From: Escherichia phage vB_EcoM-Pr121LW
Length of the DNA stretch: 64,000 bases
Sequence record: MH752840.1
Strand: one strand, 5' to 3'
The notes under the pieces are model-generated. The model searched no databases. It was not told the DNA's origin and saw nothing but the letters and a program-made list of their open reading frames with translations. This document shows positions 8,359-16,295 of this stretch, piece by piece (position 1 is the first letter of the stretch; each line of letters starts with the position of its first letter). The translations under genes were made by a program, and so were the position numbers.

Positions 8359-8937
8359 ATGAGTCCACGCAAAGATGACCGTGAAAAGATTGCAAAACGT
8401 TATCAGAATGAAGAACAGATGGAGAAAACTTTCAAGTGGAAGCCAGGTTTCCAGCGTAATCATTCTAACGCTCGTGATCGTAAGCATCCGGATAAGTGGT
8501 TAACACCGCCAAATGATGGCATGCAGGTTGGTGATGAGAAGGAGCTGTCACCTGGAAAAGATGGCAACTACATTCGCACTAAGGAAGCAGGTCCAAAGGA
8601 TGACAGCTATCTTGTAGATAAGGTTCTTGATGGTATTGATGTGGATGTTGACACTGCACGAAACCTTTTTCTTGGTTGGTATCGTACAGGGTTTTTCGAC
8701 ATCAAGGCTATTCGTCGTGTTTGCGATATTAAAAAGTCTGCCTATGATGATGACTCTCTACATCGCACTCTGAGACAATACTCAGAGAGATACGGTCATC
8801 CAGTCATCACTATTGACGATATTAACGAAGTGATGTATCATGCAGAGGTTGTTGCAGGTAGATTCGGTGATGCATATCTCGGTATTCTTTCTGCAAAAGA
8901 TGAGGTAATGTTAAATAAAATTTACTATGAACGCTGA
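8359..8937 (+). CDS. hypothetical protein
   Basis: 192-aa ORF behind strong RBS GAGGAGG; basic N-terminus. Confidence 0.5.
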   Translation: MSPRKDDREKIAKRYQNEEQMEKTFKWKPGFQRNHSNARDRKHPDKWLTPPNDGMQVGDEKELSPGKDGNYIRTKEAGPKDDSYLVDKVLDGIDVDVDTARNLFLGWYRTGFFDIKAIRRVCDIKKSAYDDDSLHRTLRQYSERYGHPVITIDDINEVMYHAEVVAGRFGDAYLGILSAKDEVMLNKIYYER

Positions 8938-8947
8938 GGAGCGCTTA

Positions 8948-9136
8948 ATGAACAACCCGGTAGCAAAGAACTGTAATAAGTTCAACAAGTCTGCAATTCA
9001 CACTGACAGGAAAAAGAGCTGGTCTCCTGACATTGACGAGGAGCTTGAGAGTTACTTTGAAGACCTGGTCACTAATGCAGATGAGGTTGCGATTAAAGAA
9101 TACGCAGACAGGAAGGATAAGGCCGGAATCTGTTGA
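8948..9136 (+). CDS. hypothetical protein
   Basis: Small ORF; start chosen at ATG 8948 behind GAGGAG. Confidence 0.3.
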   Translation: MNNPVAKNCNKFNKSAIHTDRKKSWSPDIDEELESYFEDLVTNADEVAIKEYADRKDKAGIC

Positions 9137-9161
9137 CAAAAATAGTGTTACCTGATAAGAT
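9133..9161 (+). promoter_or_regulatory. sigma70-like promoter (TTGACA-N17-TAAGAT)
   Basis: Consensus -35 with 17-nt spacer upstream of the 9213 gene. Confidence 0.4.
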
Positions 9162-9212
9162 CTGCAATATGATGTGATGCAATTTTAACTTACGAGGTCT
9201 ACAGGTAATGCT

Positions 9213-9455
9213 ATGTTTAAGGTTAAGCTCGTTTTTCGTTCCATGAATGAGGATTATTTAGAAGATGAAGGTGAATTTCGTGCACTGGATGATGCAATAG
9301 ATTTTGCCAACGACTTAGCTTGTATGAATACAGGTTATGGGCTATGCTGTTGGGATGGTGGTGTTCAGATCGGTGATAGCAAGATCTTCTACTTCTACCC
9401 TGAGCCTGATAACAAACAAATTAAGTATGTTTTATTTATTTGTGCTTTACAATGA
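9213..9455 (+). CDS. hypothetical protein
   Basis: 80-aa ORF downstream of the promoter at 9133. Confidence 0.4.
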   Translation: MFKVKLVFRSMNEDYLEDEGEFRALDDAIDFANDLACMNTGYGLCCWDGGVQIGDSKIFYFYPEPDNKQIKYVLFICALQ

Positions 9456-9474
9456 GGTTGTTTTCGTGTATCAT
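9447..9474 (+). promoter_or_regulatory. possible promoter (TTACAA-N16-TATCAT)
   Basis: Promoter-like hexamers immediately upstream of the GC-rich structured segment. Confidence 0.25.
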
Positions 9475-9504
9475 GATGAATATCCAATTTAAAGATGAAT
9501 TTGA

Positions 9505-9743
9505 TGGCTTTATCTCCGGATGCTTTGAAACAGGGTTCGGAGAAGACTGAGTTCCCCTCAGAGGGCTTGATAGTGCACCACACTTAAAATGGTAGGGGCA
9601 GCCAGCACATGACGATGTGACCCCAGCCAACCTGTAACAAGGTCGAGCCGAAGCGCGGGTAATAGGCCTCTGGTAACCCACTTGTTGGGTCTTGCTGGTC
9701 CAGGACGCTGGACAAGTCGCAGGGAATACCACCCTGCGGCGAA
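9505..9743 (+). ncRNA. candidate structured RNA
   Basis: GC-rich intergenic segment with multiple perfect hairpins (CCCTC-A-GAGGG; CCAG-GACG-CTGG; CAGGG-AATACCA-CCCTG); only low-complexity antisense ORFs. Confidence 0.25.
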
Positions 9744-9744
9744 C

Positions 9745-9773
9745 TTGACAATCAGTATTTGCTATGATAAAAT
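9745..9773 (+). promoter_or_regulatory. sigma70-like promoter (TTGACA-N17-TAAAAT)
   Basis: Consensus hexamers with 17-nt spacer upstream of the 9802 gene. Confidence 0.5.
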
Positions 9774-9801
9774 CCACCTATCACGTGATAATGGAGGAAA
9801 C

Positions 9802-10140
9802 ATGGCGGATACAACTAAAAAGCGTCGCCGTAGAGGCAGACCTCTGAAAGAGGAGTCCAACGCCATTCAGCTAGAGAAGAACATCCTTGATATGAAGGAA
9901 TCTTTTATAGCGATGGTTCCAGAAGCTCACAAAGTTTTAAGAGAGCTGATGTTGGACCCGAAAACCAAACAAAATATTCGTCAAAGCATTGCAGAGTATG
10001 TTCTTGATAAGGCAGACCGAATGCAGGAAGAATATGATGAGATGTTTGGTGAAGAGGAAGAGGTGGTAGTAGAAGAGGCTGAAAAACCAGCACCTTTTAT
10101 GCCATTTACCACAGAAATACAACCTGTTAGCAATAGCTAA
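9802..10140 (+). CDS. AT-hook-like basic N-terminus, acidic C-terminus protein
   Basis: N-terminal KKRRRRGRPLKEE; C-terminal EEYDEMFGEEEEVVVEEAE; start at ATG 9802 behind GGAGG. Confidence 0.5.
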   Translation: MADTTKKRRRRGRPLKEESNAIQLEKNILDMKESFIAMVPEAHKVLRELMLDPKTKQNIRQSIAEYVLDKADRMQEEYDEMFGEEEEVVVEEAEKPAPFMPFTTEIQPVSNS

Positions 10141-10149
10141 AATATTTTC

Positions 10150-10178
10150 TTGACAAACTTTGCTTAACAGTGTAATAT
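10150..10178 (+). promoter_or_regulatory. sigma70-like promoter for the tRNA cluster (TTGACA-N17-TAATAT)
   Basis: Consensus hexamers about 60 nt upstream of the first tRNA. Confidence 0.5.
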
Positions 10179-10236
10179 TGTAAACATGGTCTCCCACCTT
10201 TTCTGGCGGCTAAGGTGTAAAAGAAAGCCACCCAGT

Positions 10237-10308
10237 GCCCTGTTAGCTTAGTGGATAAAGCAGCGGCCTTCTAAGCCGTTGACACTGGTTCGAGTCCAGT
10301 ACGGGGTG
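10237..10308 (+). tRNA. tRNA-Arg (anticodon TCT)
   Basis: Hand-folded cloverleaf: acceptor GCCCTGT/ACGGGGT with two G-U pairs, anticodon loop CTTCTAA, T-loop GGTTCGAGTCC, CCA encoded. Confidence 0.6.
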
Positions 10309-10442
10309 CCAAGTTCTTTTTAATGTAGCTTACTTTAGCAGAGTAAATCTTCGGCAAGTGGCGGTAACCACTTTTACCGATACCTCATAGTTAGTGGTGA
10401 GAACACTAGCTATTTTAAAAAGAATTTAAATATTAGTATTTA

Positions 10443-10527
10443 GGTGAGTTAATTCCGTAGGGGTAGCGGGGCAGACTGTAAATCTGTTATCATTGCGATT
10501 CGGGTGGTTCGACTCCATCACTCACCA
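10443..10527 (+). tRNA. tRNA-Tyr (anticodon GTA), long variable arm
   Basis: Anticodon arm GCAGACTGTAAATCTGT and variable arm resemble E. coli tRNA-Tyr; acceptor GGTGAGT/ACTCACC; CCA encoded. Confidence 0.65.
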
Positions 10528-10644
10528 CCAAATTTATATTTTTAAATGCATAAATTATACAGATAATGGCATTGATATTTATCGTCGTTTATACTAGTCA
10601 CTAACTGCTCGAAAATCAGTGTCATTATCAGTATTGTTTATAAA

Positions 10645-10732
10645 AGAGGGTAGGGAGCAATGGTGCTCAAGCGGTCTTGAAAACCGTCCCGTTGAGGATG
10701 ACTCGATGATGGTTCGATTCCATTACCCTCTG
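10645..10732 (+). tRNA. tRNA-Ser (anticodon TGA), long variable arm
   Basis: Acceptor AGAGGGT/ACCCTCT, anticodon loop CTTGAAA, T-loop GGTTCGATTCC, CCA encoded. Confidence 0.6.
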
Positions 10733-10833
10733 CCATATTGTTGACCTTGTAATTAAGCGAAAGCCGGAAGCAGAACCGGATTATCAAATGTTACAGTCGT
10801 CATCGCCGACTAGCAACATTGTCAACATACTGA

Positions 10834-10930
10834 GCTAGGTAAGCCCTTTGGCAAGGGCGAGGATTTTTAATCCTGAAAATAGACGAGGTAGTCGTTGAAT
10901 ACATAGGTGGTTCGATTCCACCACCTAGCA
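10834..10930 (+). tRNA. atypical tRNA-like element (anticodon possibly TTT; about 29-nt variable region)
   Basis: Acceptor GCTAGGT/ACCTAGC, D-arm GCCC..GGGC and T-arm GGTGGTTCGATTCCACC fold, but anticodon stem is 4 bp plus a mismatch and total length about 97 nt. Confidence 0.3.
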
Positions 10931-10937
10931 CCTTTTT

Positions 10938-11010
10938 GCTGATGTAGCACAATTGGTAGTGCAATTGATTTGTAATCAATAGGTTGCAGGTTCAAGTCCT
11001 GCCATCAGCA
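10938..11010 (+). tRNA. tRNA-Thr (anticodon TGT)
   Basis: Acceptor GCTGATG/CATCAGC, D-stem GCAC/GTGC, anticodon arm ATTGA-TTTGTAA-TCAAT, T-arm GCAGG-TTCAAGT-CCTGC, CCA encoded. Confidence 0.7.
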
Positions 11011-11014
11011 CCAT

Positions 11015-11086
11015 GGCCCTGTAGCTGGAAGGTTCAAGCAAGCGACTCATAATCGCCAGACGGTGGTTCAATTCCACCCAGGGCCA
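11015..11086 (+). tRNA. tRNA-Met or Ile2 (anticodon CAT)
   Basis: Acceptor GGCCCTG/CAGGGCC, anticodon loop CTCATAA, T-loop GGTTCAATTCC, CCA encoded. Confidence 0.65.
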
Positions 11087-11100
11087 CCAAATAGTAAATA

Positions 11101-11174
11101 CTCCGCGTAGCTCAGCTTGGTAGAGCGCCTGATTTGGGATCAGGAGGTCGAGTGTTCGAATCACTCCGTGGAGA
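11101..11174 (+). tRNA. tRNA-Pro (anticodon TGG)
   Basis: Acceptor CTCCGCG/CGTGGAG, anticodon arm CCTGA-TTTGGGA-TCAGG, T-loop GTTCGAATC, CCA encoded. Confidence 0.7.
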
Positions 11175-11223
11175 CCACTTTCAGTTATACTTTAAACATA
11201 TACACACAAAAGGAACCTTTAAA

Positions 11224-11493
11224 ATGTATACACTTAAAATTGTAGAGCGTGTAAATCCAACAAATACTGTAGATTTTCGTGACGATTTCAATCCTCTGGC
11301 TGTAAATCTTCGAGAGTCATATCATGAACTCAGCTGCGATGCAGTGGTGGTCTTTTTTGAAGACAACTCTGAAGGGGCGGTAGCTTGTGTTGTTGATAGT
11401 GAGCAGAAGTTTTATATTTACAGAGATGTAGATGCATACTTGATGAATGAAAATGCAGTTACTGTTAGAATCATCCACCGAGTGCCTCGATAA
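11224..11493 (+). CDS. hypothetical protein
   Basis: Start moved to ATG 11224 behind AAGGAA so that the CDS no longer overlaps tRNA-Pro. Confidence 0.45.
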   Translation: MYTLKIVERVNPTNTVDFRDDFNPLAVNLRESYHELSCDAVVVFFEDNSEGAVACVVDSEQKFYIYRDVDAYLMNENAVTVRIIHRVPR

Positions 11494-11543
11494 GTATTAG
11501 TCTCCTTTTAGTTAGTTTCGATCTATTTAGGTTACTAAATTTT

Positions 11544-11580
11544 AACCCGCCCCGTTAGCTGTATAGCTGCGGGGTTTTTT
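11544..11580 (+). terminator. rho-independent terminator
   Basis: GC stem CCCGC...GCGGG around an AGCTGTATAGCT palindrome followed by a T-run. Confidence 0.5.
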
Positions 11581-11598
11581 CGTTTCTGGAGCCTTAAA

Positions 11599-11997
11599 AT
11601 GATTTCAGGTTTAACATGGCTTAGTAGGTATAGAGGGATCATAAAAGGTTTAGTTTTTGCAGCGGCTATAGGTACAGCTTATCTTGGGGCCGTGTATTGG
11701 TTTAACTCTAAGCTTAATGATGCCTACCAAGAGGGTGTGTCAGCAACAGAGTTAAAGTGGGAACGGATCCTTGATCAGCAACAAAAGCAGGCCGACAAAA
11801 TTAAAATGGGCCACGCAGAGGAGGTTAAAAACCTTGAAAAATCTCTTTCTGATCTGCAGGATAAATTAAATATAGCTGAGAGGGCAGGTAGAGAAAAGCA
11901 GATTATCTACCTCCAATCACCTGAAGGTAAGAAGTCAACACTCCCTGATCAGCTTATAGATATTTATAATGAGAGTATCAATCAGGAGGATCTATGA
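11599..11997 (+). CDS. i-spanin (Rz-like)
   Basis: N-terminal transmembrane segment GLVFAAAIGTAYLGAVYWF followed by a coiled-coil periplasmic domain. Confidence 0.55.
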   Translation: MISGLTWLSRYRGIIKGLVFAAAIGTAYLGAVYWFNSKLNDAYQEGVSATELKWERILDQQQKQADKIKMGHAEEVKNLEKSLSDLQDKLNIAERAGREKQIIYLQSPEGKKSTLPDQLIDIYNESINQEDL

Positions 11998-12281
11998 GAG
12001 TTGCTGCACTGTTTATTGTGTGCTTTTTATTATGCGGGTGTGCAACCAGCGTTGAGAGAGAATACAAGATTGACCCTCCTGATGTAGGAAGGTTGATTGT
12101 TAAACCCCCGGAAGGTGCCATGAAACCACCTGCTAAAGCTATGCCTTTGAAGAAAGGTGCGCCAGATGCAGTGAATTCTGGCATTATGAGGGATAATAAT
12201 CTGTCTTGTAGCAATGATAGAGCTAAATTGATCATTTTGCAAGACTATATTAGAACACTGTTTCCAAAGGAGAGAGGTTAA
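11994..12281 (+). CDS. o-spanin (Rz1-like outer-membrane lipoprotein)
   Basis: Signal peptide with lipobox-like FLLCGC, proline-rich mature region; overlaps i-spanin stop; AGGAGG RBS. Confidence 0.55.
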   Translation: MRVAALFIVCFLLCGCATSVEREYKIDPPDVGRLIVKPPEGAMKPPAKAMPLKKGAPDAVNSGIMRDNNLSCSNDRAKLIILQDYIRTLFPKERG

Positions 12282-12706
12282 TGTCTAAGATTTACGGACC
12301 GTGTTCTGAAAAGCAGAAGATGATCCTCGAAAACGATGCAGATATTTTGGTAATCGGCGGTGCCGCAGGGTCTGGCAAGTCGTTCCTCTTGCAGTTGATG
12401 CCGCTTAAAATTATCGATGACCCCCACAGCTCTGTGGTTATGTTCCGAAGAACAACCCCACAGTTGGAAGGTGAGGGTGGACTATGGCCTAAAGCAGTAG
12501 CTATTTATAGCGATCTGCCTGAAAACATTAAGCCAAAGTTCAGAGAGAAGGATCATAAGTTCATTTTTCCACGGTTTGATCCGAACACTGGCAAGTGGGA
12601 TAGAAGCAAAAAGGGAGCTGTTGTAAAATACTGCCACATGGAGTATGTACAAGATAAGCTTAACCATCAAGGGCTTGAGTACACCATGGTTTGCTTCGAT
12701 GAGGGT
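12281..12706 (+). CDS. terL: terminase large subunit, exon 1 (ATPase domain)
   Basis: Walker A GGAAGSGKS, Walker B-like MVCFDE; ORF stops at TAA 12707-12709, taken as the first intron codon. Confidence 0.7.
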
Positions 12707-13023
12707 TAATTTGTAGCTCTCGTAAAACCTCCCTAATTGCGGGGAAATCTTTACTATTAATACCACCAACCTGTCATGGTAACATGATAGAGGCTTCGAA
12801 GAGAGATCGAAGGTATGGTAACAGTGTGTTAATTTAGATAATCCGCAGCGAAGCATCCGAGAGGATGAACGTTCAACGACTAGTCGAAAGACGTAGAATC
12901 AAGCGATTCGAAACGGGAGGGTAAGCGGTTGTTGTCGCTTATAAGATATAGTCTGGTCTGCATGGAGACATGCAGCTGCCTGAAAAATGGCGGGGCAAGA
13001 CTAGCGACCTTGCCCGAACATAG
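12707..13023 (+). ncRNA. group I self-splicing intron (no internal ORF); boundaries approximate
   Basis: Conserved core motifs GTTCAACGACTAGTCG (12871-12886) and AAGATATAGTC (12943-12953); splits terL; 5' exon ends in U, intron ends in G. Confidence 0.6.
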
Positions 13024-14148
13024 ACGACACAATTCGAATGGGAGCAGATAGACTATCTGATGTCTCGTCTGCGATCTCAGTCAAAGTATCCATCAAGGAT
13101 GGTTATCAGCTGTAACCCTGATTCAGAACACATGCTTGCCAAACTGGTTAGATGGTGGTTGGACGATGAAGGGTATCCAGATCCGGAGAAATGTGGTAAG
13201 AAAAGATATTTTATCCGACGCGACGGTGAATTTATTTGGGGGGACTCTAAGGAGGAGTTGATAGAGAAATACACCACGGTTAACGGACTGGGTGTAGAGA
13301 TCAAGCCAAGACCGTTGTCATTCTCGTTCATAGGCGCAACAATATTCGATAATCCTGTCTGTTTGAGAGACAACCCAGAATACCTTGCTTTCCTCGAAGG
13401 TCTACCAGAGCTGGAAAAAGCTCAGCTTCTCCATGGTAACTGGTTTGCAAAGCCTGAGGGTGCAAACTATTTTCAAAGATCTTTCCTTCGTGATGCCGAT
13501 AGAGTACCCCTTGGATCAGTATCTTGCAGGGCATGGGATAAGGCAGGAACCGAGAGAACTTCTGGCAATAAATTTCCTGACTTTACTGCCAGTATTAAGG
13601 TAAGTAAAGATAGCGACGGCTTTTATTACCTGTCAGGGGATTATTGTCCTGAAAACGTGGATGACGGGAGGTATTCCACAGGTCTGGAAGGCAAGTTCTG
13701 TAAAAAGGCTGGTGAACGAGATGTGATCATCAGGAAACAGGCGCAGTTTGATGGTGATGATTGCATAATCGTATTCTCTGTGGACCCTGGTCAGGCAGGT
13801 AAGAGTGAGTTCTTAACCTCATCCAGATCCTTGCTCGCAGAAGGGTTCAGGGTTGAAGAAGACCCAATGCCTTCCAACAAGTCTAAACTGACAAGGTTCT
13901 CACCTTTTGCCAATCTTGCCCAACAAGGGATGGTGAGGATTGTAAAATCCAGTTTCCATCCTGATACTCTGGAAGCATTTCTGACCGAACTTGAAAAATT
14001 CAACGGGGAAAGATCAACATTTAACAGAAAAGACGACTGGGCTGACTGTGTAGCTTCTGCAATTAATTTCCTGGAGAAAGAGGAGGTAGCACTTCCTTGT
14101 GTGATTCCATCAATCTCATCACCTTCTATGTTCAAGCGTTTTATCTAG
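13024..14148 (+). CDS. terL: terminase large subunit, exon 2 (nuclease domain)
   Basis: Frame opens at 13024 right after an in-frame TAG; encodes TTQFEWEQIDYLMSRLRS... continuing the TerL fold with acidic nuclease motifs (DPGQAGKSEF, DDWADC). Confidence 0.65.
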   Translation, partial: TTQFEWEQIDYLMSRLRSQSKYPSRMVISCNPDSEHMLAKLVRWWLDDEGYPDPEKCGKKRYFIRRDGEFIWGDSKEELIEKYTTVNGLGVEIKPRPLSFSFIGATIFDNPVCLRDNPEYLAFLEGLPELEKAQLLHGNWFAKPEGANYFQRSFLRDADRVPLGSVSCRAWDKAGTERTSGNKFPDFTASIKVSKDSDGFYYLSGDYCPENVDDGRYSTGLEGKFCKKAGERDVIIRKQAQFDGDDCIIVFSVDPGQAGKSEFLTSSRSLLAEGFRVEEDPMPSNKSKLTRFSPFANLAQQGMVRIVKSSFHPDTLEAFLTELEKFNGERSTFNRKDDWADCVASAINFLEKEEVALPCVIPSISSPSMFKRFI

Positions 14149-14151
14149 GTG

Positions 14152-14180
14152 TTGCCAATCTTAATTAGATGTGGTAGAAT
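14152..14180 (+). promoter_or_regulatory. sigma70-like promoter (TTGCCA-N17-TAGAAT)
   Basis: Consensus-like hexamers upstream of the portal gene. Confidence 0.4.
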
Positions 14181-14250
14181 AGATTAATCGGAGATACTAG
14201 CCCTCTAACACGAGGGCTATTTTGTTATACTGTTTTGAGGGGTAAAGCTT

Positions 14251-15807
14251 GTGTCCAAAAAGAACCGCAGGAAACACAACGCCACAGCCAAAACTGTGAA
14301 TAAATCTGGGAACGCAGGCGCACCAACTCATAATGTTCGTATGAGTGAGATCGGTTCTGGCGCACTTTCCCAAATTATGGCAGAATCGCAATCTATGATG
14401 GTTGAGGAATTGCGTTGGCCTCAGCTGATTGCCACAGTGGAGACTATGAAATGTGATTCCACAGTTGCTACTGCCTTAGATACAAAATACGTTTTCATCA
14501 CGAAAGCATTTAATGATTTTAAGATCCTTTATAATGTTAAAAGTGAAGACTCTAAGAAAGCTGCCGAGCTTATAGAGTATTCTTTGCGTAATTTGGCAAA
14601 CCAACAAACCCTTCGGGATATTGCAAGAAGCGCAGCTACCTTTAACGAGTATGGTTTTTCACTGTTTGAGAAAGTATACCGCAGAGAGAAAGAAGGTAAA
14701 TATGCTGGGATGCTTCTTATTGATAAAATTGCATTCCGACCTCAGGCCAGTCTGTCTAGATCAGAGCCGTTTGTCTTTGACAAGAATAGTAGAACGCTGA
14801 CAGGTATTTATCAGTCACCTAATGCATTTCTAAACACTCAGAATGCACGCTGGGCTGGACCTCTTGCTGCAATGCCTTCAAAAGGCTTTAATGAGCCTGA
14901 AATTTTCATCCCTGCTAAAAAGCTTATGCTCATGACCCTGTCAGGAACAGAATCTAACCCTGCAGGTGTGTCACCTATGATAGGTTGCTACAGATCTTTC
15001 CGTGAGAAAGTTCTGATTGAAAACCTTGAGGTTGTTGGCTGTTCCAAAGACCTTGGTGGTGTACTTGAGCTGAAAATTCCTTCCAATATTTTGAACAAGG
15101 CCAGCATTGACCCGAATTCAATGGAAGGGAGAATGGTTGCAGATCTTATGCTTGACGCAGCAAACGCCCATAGTGGTGAGCAAAGTTTCTTTATACTTCC
15201 GTCTGATAGAGATAAGTCTGGTAAAGAGCTTTACTCCATGACCCTGAAGGGGGTTGACGGTATGGGTAAGCAGTATTCCACTAAAGATTTGATTGATGCC
15301 CGTAAGAAGGCGATTCTTGACCGTTTCGGTGCTGGCTTTATTAACCTCGGTAACGATAACGTTGGATCCTTCTCTCTGTCTGAGTCAAAACAGTCTATCC
15401 ATGGTCATTTTGTTCAGCGTGATATAGATATTATCACTGAAGCCTTCAATAAAGATCTTATTCCACAGCTTCTGGCATTGAATGGTATCATCCTTGAAGA
15501 TGATGATATGCCTAAACTGAAACCTGGTCTGATTGAAGAGGTGGACATGGAGAGCTTCTCCAAGTTTGTCCAGAGGATCGGTGCTGTAGGTTACTTGCCA
15601 AAAACTCCTGCAGTAATTAATAAGATTCTTGAAGTAGGTGGGTTTGATGAAAGATTTGACGAGGACATGGATCAGGAAGAGCTGATGAAGCTCTTGGGCC
15701 AGGACATCAGTAGAGCTGGTGATGGAATGGCTGCAGGATCCACTGGTAACGGCACTTCTAAGATGTCATCAACCAGAGATAATTCCATATCCAACATGGA
15801 AAATTAA
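14251..15807 (+). CDS. portal protein
   Basis: 518-aa ORF immediately downstream of terL; GTG start after a purine-rich RBS; call rests on size and synteny. Confidence 0.6.
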   Translation: MSKKNRRKHNATAKTVNKSGNAGAPTHNVRMSEIGSGALSQIMAESQSMMVEELRWPQLIATVETMKCDSTVATALDTKYVFITKAFNDFKILYNVKSEDSKKAAELIEYSLRNLANQQTLRDIARSAATFNEYGFSLFEKVYRREKEGKYAGMLLIDKIAFRPQASLSRSEPFVFDKNSRTLTGIYQSPNAFLNTQNARWAGPLAAMPSKGFNEPEIFIPAKKLMLMTLSGTESNPAGVSPMIGCYRSFREKVLIENLEVVGCSKDLGGVLELKIPSNILNKASIDPNSMEGRMVADLMLDAANAHSGEQSFFILPSDRDKSGKELYSMTLKGVDGMGKQYSTKDLIDARKKAILDRFGAGFINLGNDNVGSFSLSESKQSIHGHFVQRDIDIITEAFNKDLIPQLLALNGIILEDDDMPKLKPGLIEEVDMESFSKFVQRIGAVGYLPKTPAVINKILEVGGFDERFDEDMDQEELMKLLGQDISRAGDGMAAGSTGNGTSKMSSTRDNSISNMEN

Positions 15808-15875
15808 AAATTATCAACACAGGGGGGTTGCAAAACCTCCTTTGGCGTGATAAAATAATCCACATGGGGAATAAG

Positions 15876-16295
15876 ATGCCACAGGAAGAAATGATTTCCT
15901 ACGAAATCATCTACGAACCTGACACTAAAGATGCTCACGGTGAGTGGATGAGTAAAGACACCATCAAAAAGGCTAAAGATAACTGGGACGCAGCATACGC
16001 CGCAGGCCTAGTTTCTGAGAACCTTTTCCACTTGACCTCTACAGATGCTTTCACCATTGAAAAGACGTGGATTCAAGAAGAGTTTGATGTTGTAGTGATT
16101 GGCACTGAGCAGGTCATCAAGGCTGGCTCTTGGGTTGCTAAAGTTAAATACAATAATCCTGAATTATGGGAAGCTAAGAAGGCTGGCATTGTTGGTGGCC
16201 TAAGCATTCAGGCAACAGGTAATGTTGATGAAGAAACTGGTGAAATTACCAACGTAAACTTCGGGATCAGTGTTGTAGAAGAGGGCAATGAATAA
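15876..16295 (+). CDS. head morphogenesis protein (function unresolved)
   Basis: Between portal and scaffold; start chosen at ATG 15876 behind GGGGA. Confidence 0.4.
   Translation: MPQEEMISYEIIYEPDTKDAHGEWMSKDTIKKAKDNWDAAYAAGLVSENLFHLTSTDAFTIEKTWIQEEFDVVVIGTEQVIKAGSWVAKVKYNNPELWEAKKAGIVGGLSIQATGNVDEETGEITNVNFGISVVEEGNE

Noticed and set aside
9436-9777. 113-aa minus-strand ORF across the GC-rich intergenic segment
   Set aside because: Low-complexity Arg/Ser/Cys-rich translation, no RBS, and it is antisense to a region bounded by plus-strand promoter-like sites; more likely a by-product of GC-rich structured DNA.
10320-10442. An additional tRNA between tRNA-Arg and tRNA-Tyr
   Set aside because: No T-loop GTTCGA-type motif or acceptor pairing could be found; only isolated hairpins, so it is left as a structured spacer.
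10237-11174. tRNA cluster as a prophage integration site or island boundary
   Set aside because: No integrase, no direct repeats of tRNA 3' ends, and phage genes continue on both sides; the tRNAs are phage-encoded cargo.
11134-11223. Upstream extension of ORF 11134-11493 overlapping tRNA-Pro
   Set aside because: It would overlap the tRNA gene; the internal ATG 11224 has a proper AAGGAA RBS.
12482-12856. 124-aa minus-strand ORF spanning the terL exon 1 / intron boundary as a possible homing endonuclease
   Set aside because: It is antisense, extends into the terL coding region, has no nuclease motifs (LAGLIDADG, GIY-YIG, HNH), and its translation is hydrophobic low-complexity.
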